Assembly: GCA_036351155.1 (NCBI GenBank) | Contig: JAZBOO010000245.1 | Location: 1-36,595 of the forward strand | DNA length: 36,595 nt | DNA from: Candidatus Krumholzibacteriia bacterium | GTDB taxonomy: Bacteria > Krumholzibacteriota > Krumholzibacteriia > LZORAL124-64-63 | Direction: 5' to 3' | In this document: piece after piece, positions 15,746-23,336 of the stretch | Position numbering within the stretch: position 1 is the first letter of the stretch | Layout: each line of letters starts with the position of its first letter | Notes under the pieces: generated by a model | Database searches by the model: none | Told to the model about the DNA's origin: nothing | Seen by the model: the letters and a program-made list of their open reading frames with translations, nothing else | Translations under genes and position numbers: made by a program

Positions 15746-15763
15746 GATATTATTTATAATATC
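15746..15763. promoter_or_regulatory. Perfect 8-2-8 palindrome containing TATAAT upstream of the Clp-like ATPase; candidate operator/-10
   Basis: GATATTAT-TT-ATAATATC, with TATAAT at 15755-15760, inside an AT island of a GC-rich genome. Confidence 0.55.
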
Positions 15764-15899
15764 ATGTAAAATCGACACTTAGAGGATTTTCACACTCAAG
15801 CCCGCGGCGAACCATCCGATCATGGTTTCGTGGCGGGCTTGATTCTTCCAGGCCCACAGCCGGTGCCAGGGAAGGCGCCAGAAAAGGGCGGACAAGGAC

Positions 15900-17138
15900 G
15901 TGAAAATCCTCAAGAAAGAAAAGCGCAACGACCAGCTCGTACGTTTCGCGACCCACATGAACAAGATGGTGGTGGGACAACCCAAGGCCATCGATAAACT
16001 TACCGACAGCTTCAGCCGGTTGATCGCGGGAGTTCACGACCCCGAGTCGCCGCTGTTGACCATGATGTTCATGGGCCCCACAGGGGTGGGCAAGACCGAG
16101 ACCGTCCGGGCCCTGGCCGAGACCATCTTCGGCAACAAGCGGGCCTACACCCGGGTCAATTGCCAGGAGTACTCTGCCCACTACAACATCAGCAAGCTGC
16201 TGGGGTCGCCTCCGGGTTATGTGGGCGGCGAAATTCGCCCGCTGCTGGCCCAGGAAAACATCGACCGCCACCACAAGAAGGCCCTGGAAAAGCAGACGGG
16301 CATGGTCAGCGAGGCCGAGAGCAAGCTCTCGTCCATGTATCCGCCCGAGTCCGAGAAGAACCTGTCGATCATCCTCTTCGACGAGATCGAGAAAGCCCAC
16401 CCCAAGCTGTGGAACCTGCTGCTGGGCATTCTCGAGGACGGCACCGTGGTGCTGGGAAACAACGAAGAGGTCGATTTCCGGCAGTCGATCATCATCCTGA
16501 CCACCAACGTGGGCAGCGATGCCATGGGTGCCCACCTGGCCCAGAACAACATCGGTTTTTCCACCGGGCACAGCGACGAGAAGATGGACCGGGACATCGA
16601 GGACGCCGCCGTGCGTGAGGCCAAGAAGGTGTTCCCCTTCGAGTTCCTGAACCGGTTCGACGATATCATCACCTACCACACCCTCAAGCGGGCGCACCTG
16701 TTCAGCATCCTGGATATCCTGATTGCCCAGGTGCACCATCGTTCGCTGATGTGCTCGGAGCCGTTCCTGCTCGAGATCACGCGGGAGGCCAAGACCCGCC
16801 TGGTGGACGAGGGCAGCGACATCCAGTACGGCGCGCGGCCCTTGAAGAGGGTGGTGGAGAAGGAAATCGTCACCCCGATCAGCCACTACATCTGCAGCGA
16901 GCAGATCCGCAAGGGCGACCTGATCACCGTGGATCTTTCCGACGACGAGCTGGTGTTCCGCAAGGAGACCGGCGTGACCAGCTGGGAAGAGCTGGAAAGC
17001 CTGGGGCCCTTCCCCGAGACCCACTGGGCCAAGGAAGATCTGGGCGTCAAGGATGACGGTGGTGAGAAGAAGCAGATCGTCGAGGAGATCACTCAGGTGG
17101 TGGCCAACGCGGGGGCCATGACCGGCGCCGACGAGTAG
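15900..17138 (+). CDS. Clp/Hsp100-family AAA+ ATPase consisting only of the D2 module (AAA_2 plus ClpB_D2-small)
   Basis: VVGQ, Walker A GPTGVGKT, pore loop GSPPGYVG, Walker B ILFDEIEKAHP, IGF loop, EFLNRFD and sensor-2 YGARPLKR. No N-domain or D1. Confidence 0.9.
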   Translation: MKILKKEKRNDQLVRFATHMNKMVVGQPKAIDKLTDSFSRLIAGVHDPESPLLTMMFMGPTGVGKTETVRALAETIFGNKRAYTRVNCQEYSAHYNISKLLGSPPGYVGGEIRPLLAQENIDRHHKKALEKQTGMVSEAESKLSSMYPPESEKNLSIILFDEIEKAHPKLWNLLLGILEDGTVVLGNNEEVDFRQSIIILTTNVGSDAMGAHLAQNNIGFSTGHSDEKMDRDIEDAAVREAKKVFPFEFLNRFDDIITYHTLKRAHLFSILDILIAQVHHRSLMCSEPFLLEITREAKTRLVDEGSDIQYGARPLKRVVEKEIVTPISHYICSEQIRKGDLITVDLSDDELVFRKETGVTSWEELESLGPFPETHWAKEDLGVKDDGGEKKQIVEEITQVVANAGAMTGADE

Positions 17139-17161
17139 CGCCACGGACCATCTTCATTTGA

Positions 17162-17199
17162 ACACCCCCGGCTGGACATGGGTTCCGGCCGGGGGTTTC
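17162..17199. terminator. Intrinsic terminator, probably bidirectional
   Basis: CCCCCGGCTGGA-N7-TCCGGCCGGGGG stem followed by TTTCT, between convergent genes. Confidence 0.75.
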
Positions 17200-17203
17200 T
17201 GCG

Positions 17204-17737
17204 TCAGCCCTCGTAAAGGGCCGTGGACACGTCGACCGTGCGGCTTTCGGGTCTCATCAGCACGATGTCGATGAATCCGTCCGGACTCTCCTCGTGGTGC
17301 AGCACGTTCCAGGCGGCGAACAGGGTCACGACCTCGTCGTCGTGAAGGAAGAAGCGGTGAGCTCCGCTGGAGGGCTGTTCCAGCTCGCGGGTGCCGCTCT
17401 TGATCCAGGCGGAACCGGGCTGATTCCAGCCGGAATGGTCGGTGGACCAGGCGGTCAGAAACAGCATGCCACCGGGCCGGACCAGACGGGCCAGCGAGGT
17501 CGCCAGGCGGCCGGCCTCGGCTGCCGAAAGGCGGGGCATCAGTTCCAGGAACATGACCAGGTCGCAGTCGGTGGGAACCTTGCCGTCCAGCCAGGTCTGC
17601 AGGGAAAAGTGAACATCCTGGGCCAGTTCCAGCCCGGGGTCGCGGCCCTCGGGAGTGATGACGGCCACCTTGTCGCCGGGTTCATGGACCTGTCGGAAGA
17701 TCTCGGCGAAGGGGGCAGGTAGTCTGGTGTCGCTCAT
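17204..17737 (-). CDS. Hypothetical protein with degenerate TehB-like class I SAM methyltransferase fold
   Basis: CDLVMFLELM..LARLVRPGGMLFLTAW and FFL..DEV..LFAAWNVLHHEE resemble the TehB C-half; motif I is reduced to ITPEGRD. RBS GAGGTGG before ATG 17737. Confidence 0.55.
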   Translation of the reverse strand: MSDTRLPAPFAEIFRQVHEPGDKVAVITPEGRDPGLELAQDVHFSLQTWLDGKVPTDCDLVMFLELMPRLSAAEAGRLATSLARLVRPGGMLFLTAWSTDHSGWNQPGSAWIKSGTRELEQPSSGAHRFFLHDDEVVTLFAAWNVLHHEESPDGFIDIVLMRPESRTVDVSTALYEG

Positions 17738-17748
17738 ATCCACCTCGT

Positions 17749-17797
17749 AAAAAACGGCCCGGGCCCAAGTTGACGGAACACTGGGAGCCGGGCCGTT
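17749..17797 (-). terminator. Intrinsic terminator after the EIIA-zinc-ribbon pair
   Basis: AACGGCCCGG/CCGGGCCGTT inverted repeat with a T-run on the minus strand. Confidence 0.7.
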
Positions 17798-17818
17798 CAG
17801 GTTTTCAGGGGCCGTTGT

Positions 17819-18157
17819 TTACGGCCAGTAGAGAATGCGTCCGCAGCTTTCGCACTTCTGCACCAGATTCACGTTGGTCTTGCTGACGAACGAGCTGGGG
17901 ATGTTGGCGAAGCAGCCGGTGCACAGATTTTTCCGCACGGGCACCACGGCCTGGTCATGCTTGGTGGTCAGCCGCTTGTACATGCTGAGATGGCGGGGAT
18001 CGATTTTCCCCATCAATTTTTCGCGGTCGTCTTTCAGCTTGTCCAGACCCTCATGCTTGAAGCCCAGAGCTTCCAGCTCATCGCCGTGGTTCTCGACTTC
18101 GCCGAGCATGGCGTCCATGTTTTGCAGCAGAACCAGCATCTGCAACTGGGGATTCAT
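17819..18157 (-). CDS. Short C4 zinc-ribbon protein (CT398/DUF164-like, zf-RING_7)
   Basis: Short helical region, then YKRL...AVVPV..NLCTGCF..IP.....KCESCGRILY. Confidence 0.88.
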   Translation of the reverse strand: MNPQLQMLVLLQNMDAMLGEVENHGDELEALGFKHEGLDKLKDDREKLMGKIDPRHLSMYKRLTTKHDQAVVPVRKNLCTGCFANIPSSFVSKTNVNLVQKCESCGRILYWP

Positions 18158-18158
18158 G

Positions 18159-18620
18159 CTAGGCCTCCTTCATGGCGGCGCAGAAGGACTCGTAGTCTCC
18201 AGCGGCCATGAGGTTCTCACGAAGATCGGCGTCTTGCACCCGATCGATCAGGGCAGCCAGCGACTTGATGTACTGGTGGCCGCTGTCCTGCGGGGGAGCA
18301 ATGAGCATGAAGAACAGGTGAGTGGGCTTGCCGTCTTCCGAATCGAAGTCCACACCTTCAGCCGACTTGGCGATGAGGATGGTCAAACGCATGACCGACA
18401 GGGTGCGGCCATGGGGGAAGGCCACGCCTGGACCCACGGCGGTGCTGCCGAGCTCTTCGCGGTTCTGCAGCATCTTCAGGATGGTTTCGGAATTCTGGAT
18501 GTCGGTGCCGGCGATCAAACCTTCGACCATTTCGGCCATGGCTCCGGCTTTGTCGGTTGCTTTCAGGTCAGTGAGGAAAAGCTCCGGTGAGGTGTGCTTC
18601 AAAACCTCGGCAATATCCAT
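18159..18620 (-). CDS. PTS EIIA domain protein (PtsN-like)
   Basis: REELGSTAVGPGVAFPHGR, GVDFDSEDGKPTHLFFMLIAP. Start MDIAEVL at 18620 chosen over the longer ORF-track start. Confidence 0.92.
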   Translation of the reverse strand: MDIAEVLKHTSPELFLTDLKATDKAGAMAEMVEGLIAGTDIQNSETILKMLQNREELGSTAVGPGVAFPHGRTLSVMRLTILIAKSAEGVDFDSEDGKPTHLFFMLIAPPQDSGHQYIKSLAALIDRVQDADLRENLMAAGDYESFCAAMKEA

Positions 18621-18724
18621 CGAATGCACCACCTTGAGAATGCAGGAAAAATATGTTACGACTGGCGTTCTGATCAAAAGCTAACTTATTCCCTGGTGAT
18701 TAACAAGCCGCAATCTGGCGAGTT

Positions 18725-19750
18725 TTGCCTCCAGAGACGTCGAATCAGGAGAATGCCATCACGTTACCCACTTCAGACCCCCGCGGGCCCACGGCCGCAA
18801 ACGAGCGCCGGGGCATCGTCATCCGCTCGACCGGCGGGCATTGTCAGGTGGCCGAATCAGGCCTGGTCTGGCGGTGCCAGGTCCGGGGCCGCCTCAAGAA
18901 AGGCCCAAGGCAGGAGCAAACGGTGGCCGTGGTGGGCGACGAGGTGCGCTTTGGCGTGCTGGACCTGGAGGCTGACCCTCCTCGTGGAGTCATCGAGGAA
19001 GTTTTGCCCCGGCGCAACCGCATCAGCCGCCTGGCCGCGCGACGCAGCGGCGGGCAAACCGAACAGGTGCTGATGGCCAATCTGGACCAGGTGGTGGCCG
19101 TGCAGTCGCTGCAGGAGCCGGCTCCCCAGACCGGTTTTGTGGATCGCCTGCTGGTGGCGGCCGAGCGCTTCGAGGTGCAGGGAGTGCTGATACTCAACAA
19201 ATGTGACCTGGATGAGCGGGCGCACAAGCGCCAGCGCTGGGAATACTTCCGCGGGCTGGGCTATACCGTGCTGTTCACCTCGGCGGAGACAGGTGAAGGA
19301 CTGGAAGAGTTCCGGGCCATCCTGAAGGACCGGATCAGCCTCTTGATCGGGGCCTCGGGCGTGGGCAAGAGCACCTTGCTGAACGCTCTGCAACCAGGCC
19401 TGCGCCTGCGGGTGAGCGAGGTGACCGAGAAAACAGGGCTGGGCCGCCACACCACCACCCGCACCGAGCTCTTCCCCCTGGAAGGCGGAGGGTTCATCGC
19501 CGATTCACCCGGCATCCGCGGATTTGACCCCTGGGCCATTGATCCTCTGGATGTCCGGGACTATTTTCCTGACTTCGGCGAAGCCTCCCGGACCTGTCGG
19601 TTCCGCACCTGCATGCACCGCGATGAACCCTCCTGCGGGGTCAAGGACCTGGTGTCTCTGGGGAAGATCCCCGGCTGGCGGCACCAGGCTTATTTGCAGT
19701 TGCTGAGTGATCTCGAGGAAAGAAAAAGCCGGCAGGGTTACAAGAACTAG
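18725..19750 (+). CDS. rsgA: Ribosome small subunit-dependent GTPase A
   Basis: OB-fold (VVGDEV), circularly permuted G motifs NKCD, GASGVGKS, GRHTTT and DSPG, and zinc motif CRFRTCMHRDEPSC. Exact start uncertain. Confidence 0.96.
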   Translation: MPPETSNQENAITLPTSDPRGPTAANERRGIVIRSTGGHCQVAESGLVWRCQVRGRLKKGPRQEQTVAVVGDEVRFGVLDLEADPPRGVIEEVLPRRNRISRLAARRSGGQTEQVLMANLDQVVAVQSLQEPAPQTGFVDRLLVAAERFEVQGVLILNKCDLDERAHKRQRWEYFRGLGYTVLFTSAETGEGLEEFRAILKDRISLLIGASGVGKSTLLNALQPGLRLRVSEVTEKTGLGRHTTTRTELFPLEGGGFIADSPGIRGFDPWAIDPLDVRDYFPDFGEASRTCRFRTCMHRDEPSCGVKDLVSLGKIPGWRHQAYLQLLSDLEERKSRQGYKN

Positions 19751-19986
19751 TTCTTGAGCAAACCGTAAAAGCGGGCGGCCTCCTCACCTTCGTGCAGCAG
19801 CTTGTCCACGGGTAAAATGCCGGTCGGTTGTTGCCAGCGGGTGGAGTTTTCGGCCAGGCGCGAGGTTTGCCAGCCGGGCAAGGGTTGGCCCAGCCAGGTG
19901 GGTGACTTGGCGGTCAATTCGTAGGATCCGAGGGCCATGACGGCCAGAAACAGCAAATAGGTGCCGATGCCGGTCACTTTTTTCAC
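19747..19986 (-). CDS. Small hypothetical protein with an N-terminal signal/TM segment
   Basis: GAAGGAG RBS, then GTG: MKKVTGIGTYLLFLAVMALGSY... (79 aa). Stop overlaps the rsgA stop. Confidence 0.6.
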   Translation of the reverse strand: MKKVTGIGTYLLFLAVMALGSYELTAKSPTWLGQPLPGWQTSRLAENSTRWQQPTGILPVDKLLHEGEEAARFYGLLKN

Positions 19987-20058
19987 GGGAACTCCTTCAG
20001 GGATTCCCCGTCTGTCAGCAAGAGACATGCCCATCGTGGGGCAGATCCGGGAGTTGGC

Positions 20059-21210
20059 TTGGGACAGGACACTTCACTTCACCGGGGATTCAAGCGGCAC
20101 CTGACCGCCACGGTGGCCCGTTTTCTCCGACGTCGGCGGCTGTCCGCCACGGAATTGCGGTCGCTGAAGCCATCGACCATCCTGGTGGTGCGGCAGCACA
20201 ATCAGATGGGGGACATGGTGTGCGCCACTCCCGTGTTTCGGGCCCTGGCCGAGGCTTACCCCGCGGCCCAGATTGGCCTGGTCACCGCGCCGGTGAACCG
20301 GGAAGTTGTCGAGAACAATCCCCACCTGGCGTGCATCTTCACCTTCGATCAGCGCATGTGGCGCCAGCCGGCCAGGCTGTGGTCCTTTCTCCGGGCGATC
20401 CGGGAATTCCGACCCGAGCTGACCTTCGTGCTCAGCAGCGTGTCGTTCTCCGTGACCAGTGCGGCCATCGGGCTGGCCAGCGGTGCGCGCTGGGTGGTGG
20501 GGGCCGACAGCCTGCCTTTCGGTTTTGATCTGAGTCGTCACGCGTTTTCCCTGGAACTGCCTTCTCAGCCTGAGCTGGACTGCCATGCGGTGGAGCACAG
20601 CCTGGCCCCCCTGCGGGCGGTGGGTCTGGGAACGGACAACCTGCAAACGGTGGTGGTCCCCGGCCCTGCAAATGTGGCCGAGGCCGAGGCCATCATGACC
20701 GACCTGGGACTGGCGCCGGGCTTCTGGGCCATTCACCCGGGGGCGGGGAAAAAGCAAAATATCTGGCCGGGAACTCGATTTGCGGATCTGGCGCAGCGCG
20801 CCGTGGCGGCGGGACGTCAGGTGCTGGTGTTGCATGGGCCCGCCGATGCCGAAGCTCTGCAGCAAATGATGTCCGGCCTGACCGCCGAGATCAAGGTGGC
20901 TCCGCGCTGCTCGGTGGGCACGGGGGCCGCTCTGCTGGATCGGGCCGACCGCTTTCTGTGCAACGACACCGGGGTCATGCATGTGGCCGGTGCCCTCGGG
21001 GTGCCCACGGTGGCCTTGTTCGGGCCCACGCCGCCCGAGCTGTGGAAGCCGCCCACCGATGCGGTGGTGGTGGTCAAGAGTCCCCGCCAGTCGGCCGATG
21101 ACCGCGGCGGTGAGTTCGGCTGGATGGAAAACATCGAACCCGACCTGGTGTGGTCGGCGTGGCAGGATCTGCCCCGCCGATTCCCCGGATCGTTCTCCGA
21201 CGGAAAGTGA
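20059..21210 (+). CDS. Glycosyltransferase family 9 (LPS heptosyltransferase-like)
   Basis: Motifs QMGDMVCATP, IHPGAG..NIWP, CNDTGVMHVAGA and VALFGPT. Confidence 0.92.
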   Translation: MGQDTSLHRGFKRHLTATVARFLRRRRLSATELRSLKPSTILVVRQHNQMGDMVCATPVFRALAEAYPAAQIGLVTAPVNREVVENNPHLACIFTFDQRMWRQPARLWSFLRAIREFRPELTFVLSSVSFSVTSAAIGLASGARWVVGADSLPFGFDLSRHAFSLELPSQPELDCHAVEHSLAPLRAVGLGTDNLQTVVVPGPANVAEAEAIMTDLGLAPGFWAIHPGAGKKQNIWPGTRFADLAQRAVAAGRQVLVLHGPADAEALQQMMSGLTAEIKVAPRCSVGTGAALLDRADRFLCNDTGVMHVAGALGVPTVALFGPTPPELWKPPTDAVVVVKSPRQSADDRGGEFGWMENIEPDLVWSAWQDLPRRFPGSFSDGK

Positions 21211-21217
21211 ACGCACC

Positions 21218-21913
21218 TTGGAACAGCTTTTCATTCACCTGCTGGTGCTTGTTTTTTCGGTGGTGGTGCACGAATACGCCCACGGGCTGGCTGCCTACCG
21301 CCTGGGTGACGACACGGCCCGTATCCAGGGTCGGTTGACGCTCAATCCCTTGAATCATTTCGATCCCATCGGCAGCCTGGTGGTGCCCGTGGTGCTGTTC
21401 ATCACCGGGGGGATGATGTTCGGCTGGGCCAAGCCGGTGCCCGTGCGGGTGGGCAAGCTCAACGATCCGAAGAATGACCACCCCAAGGTGGCGGCGGCCG
21501 GGCCGGTGGCCAACCTCATGCTGGCGCTGATCTCTGCGGTGGGTCTGGGATTGACGGTGCTGGTGGCCGAGTCCATGGGCAAGGCCGGCCACGGGGAGGT
21601 CCTGGCGGTCAATTCGCCGGTGACTTTTTTCATGCTGCTGTTCAGGACAGGCATTCTCCTGAACGTGCTGCTGGCCATGTTCAACCTGGTGCCGGTGCCG
21701 CCGCTGGACGGCAGCTGGATCCTGTCCCGCGTGCTGCCCGTGTCCGCGCGAATTCCCTACGAGAATCTCAGGCGGTTCGGTTTCCTGCCCGTCATCGGCT
21801 TCCTGGTGTTGCTCCAGGTGTCGCCGCTGGGGACCTTCTTTCACGGTCTGATACGTCTGGTCTACGCCGCCTTCGTGAACATCACCTTGACCGTGAGCGG
21901 CCTGGCTTTTTAA
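21218..21913 (+). CDS. Site-2 protease, peptidase M50 family
   Basis: HEYAH, GDDTA..GRLTLNPL.H.DP.G, FGWAKPVPV, AGP.AN and FNLVPVPPLDG. TTG start at 21218; the ORF-track N-terminal extension overlaps the GT9 gene. Confidence 0.94.
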   Translation: MEQLFIHLLVLVFSVVVHEYAHGLAAYRLGDDTARIQGRLTLNPLNHFDPIGSLVVPVVLFITGGMMFGWAKPVPVRVGKLNDPKNDHPKVAAAGPVANLMLALISAVGLGLTVLVAESMGKAGHGEVLAVNSPVTFFMLLFRTGILLNVLLAMFNLVPVPPLDGSWILSRVLPVSARIPYENLRRFGFLPVIGFLVLLQVSPLGTFFHGLIRLVYAAFVNITLTVSGLAF

Positions 21914-22353
21914 AAAGCCACCCGTTCCGGATCGGGCAGATCCTCGGCGGCCGAGTAGTACACCACCTGCCAGGCACTTTCGTTGCCCGATTCATCCACC
22001 GAGGTCACGGCGTAGCGGCAGGGCCGCAGCAACGGTGACGCATCGACGAAGAAGGTGGCCGACGTGGGCTCGTCCATCAGGGGCAAAACCTGATCGAATG
22101 CCAGCCGGTAAACCAGATATCCCTGAAGATCACCATCGGTGGTGTTGGGTTGCCAAGCCACCTTCACCCGGGTGTTGTAGGTGGCGGCAGCCAAGCCGGT
22201 GGGAACCGCCGGGGGCGCCGTGTCCAGAGCGACCGGAGCCGCGACCTGGGTGTCGCTGCCCCCTCCACAACCGGCCAGGATGAAACTGCCCGTCAACAGG
22301 ATCAGGATCAGGGAGCCGTTCGTTCCATTTCGCATCGTCTGCTTGGTATTCAT
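21910..22353 (-). CDS. Lipoprotein with a single fibronectin type III-like domain (paralog 2)
   Basis: Lipobox ILAG|C; DTAPPAVPTGL..V.W..NT.D.DL.GY.VYR..Y.VTSVDESGNES. Confidence 0.8.
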   Translation of the reverse strand: MNTKQTMRNGTNGSLILILLTGSFILAGCGGGSDTQVAAPVALDTAPPAVPTGLAAATYNTRVKVAWQPNTTDGDLQGYLVYRLAFDQVLPLMDEPTSATFFVDASPLLRPCRYAVTSVDESGNESAWQVVYYSAAEDLPDPERVAF

Positions 22354-22371
22354 GATTTGCTTTCCTGGTTG

Positions 22372-22468
22372 AGTCCGGGGGCTTTCACCATCAAGGCCTT
22401 CCGCGTTTCCACGGAAGGCCTCGGGGCACCCAGCGATGGGGAAACCGTTTCCGGCCATCCCTCGGACT
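22372..22468 (-). other. Multi-stem structured intergenic element (candidate cis-regulatory RNA)
   Basis: Closing stem AGUCCG.GGG/CCC.CGGACU, hairpin GGCCG-GAAA-CGGUU, and stem CCAUCG/UGAUGG enclosing the 12-bp AGGCCUUCCGUG-GAAA-CGCGGAAGGCCU. Confidence 0.5.
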
Positions 22469-22889
22469 AGTCCTGGTCCTGGATGTCGTGGGGCGTGTGC
22501 TGGCTGGTCCGCACCAGGGTGGCGCTGGCCACAGCGCTCTGGTTCCCGGAGGTGTCCACAGCGTACACGTTGTACACGTTGATACCCAGCTGAGGCGCAG
22601 GGTCCTCGTAGCTGGTCACGTTGGTGGGAGTGGCGATCAGGTCGGTGACCTGGCCGTAGCAGTCCCGGGTGACGACGTAACCGTCGAGGTCGTCGTCGGT
22701 GGTGTTGGCGGCCCAGGTGACAGTCGCCACGCCATCATATTCCACGTTCACGGCGGCCGGGACGGCCGGGGGAGCGGTGTCGATGGGGGTCTGCGTCTGG
22801 ACGGGGCTGCTGTCATCGCTGCAGCCCACAGCGACCAGGCTGATCAGAGTGATACAAAACAGTGCGACGATCTTCTTGCTGCTGGCCAT
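22467..22889 (-). CDS. Lipoprotein with a single fibronectin type III-like domain (paralog 1)
   Basis: RBS AGGAGG; lipobox VAVG|C; DTAPPAVP..VTWAANTTDDDLDGYVVTR..YNVYAVDTSGNQS. Confidence 0.83.
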   Translation of the reverse strand: MASSKKIVALFCITLISLVAVGCSDDSSPVQTQTPIDTAPPAVPAAVNVEYDGVATVTWAANTTDDDLDGYVVTRDCYGQVTDLIATPTNVTSYEDPAPQLGINVYNVYAVDTSGNQSAVASATLVRTSQHTPHDIQDQD

Positions 22890-22944
22890 GGGTGGTCCTC
22901 CTTTTTACTTTCGCTAAGTTGCCCGAGTGGCTCTTATTTTGGCG

Positions 22945-22999
22945 CGGCCGGATGGGATCGGTTGCAGTGGCACAGTTGCTTTTTCTGCCCATCCGGCCG
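22945..22999. repeat. Perfect 12-bp inverted repeat in the predicted 5' UTR of the FN3 genes
   Basis: CGGCCGGATGGG (22945-22956) / CCCATCCGGCCG (22988-22999). Confidence 0.7.
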
Positions 23000-23016
23000 T
23001 TTCCATGGTCTCCATT

Positions 23017-23032
23017 TGCAAAGCTGGTGCCA
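23017..23032 (-). promoter_or_regulatory. sigma54 (-24/-12) promoter facing the FN3 lipoprotein pair
   Basis: Minus strand TGGCAC-CAGCT-TTGCA, matching TGGCAC-N5-TTGCW with correct GG-N10-GC spacing. Confidence 0.75.
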
Positions 23033-23249
23033 TTTGATTATTTGCAGGCTTAAATGACCAATAGGGTGGCCAGGAGAGGGAAGAAGGGTGAATCCTGGGG
23101 AACCACGGGGAACTCCGCACCGCGGTGAACCTCGTTGTGGTCTTGTGTCTTGCGAGGTTTTTGAGGAGAGATGTTGCAACTTGCCCGAAAATGAGAACGT
23201 ATGGGAAGGAACGAGAAGCGAGACCCCCTGCCGGGGAACGATAAAGCCC

Positions 23250-23278
23250 TTGACAGTATGGAGTTTATGGATGATGAT
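23250..23278 (+). promoter_or_regulatory. Candidate sigma70 promoter of the HU/IHF gene
   Basis: TTGACA-N17-GATGAT; RBS AGGAGG before ATG 23337. Confidence 0.5.
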
Positions 23279-23336
23279 GAAACCAATATTCCGGTGAGGG
23301 ATGTTCATTGGAAGTGAATGAACCAGGAGGATTATC

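Noticed and set aside
15900..17138. Reading the Clp-like gene as a clpB/clpC pseudogene or a T6SS ClpV
   Set aside because: No upstream D1 remnant, all motifs intact, own RBS and terminator, and no T6SS genes nearby.
18716..18729. sigma54-like TGGCGAGTTTTGC (also TGGCACAGTTGCT at 22968 and TGGCACC at 6632)
   Set aside because: GG-to-GC spacing is wrong or the -12 GC is missing; sigma54 spacing is strict.
22934..23336. ORFs crossing the FN3-HU intergenic region (e.g. 22934-23716 minus, 23088-23297 plus)
   Set aside because: Atypical composition, no motifs, and they overlap promoter elements and the HU gene.
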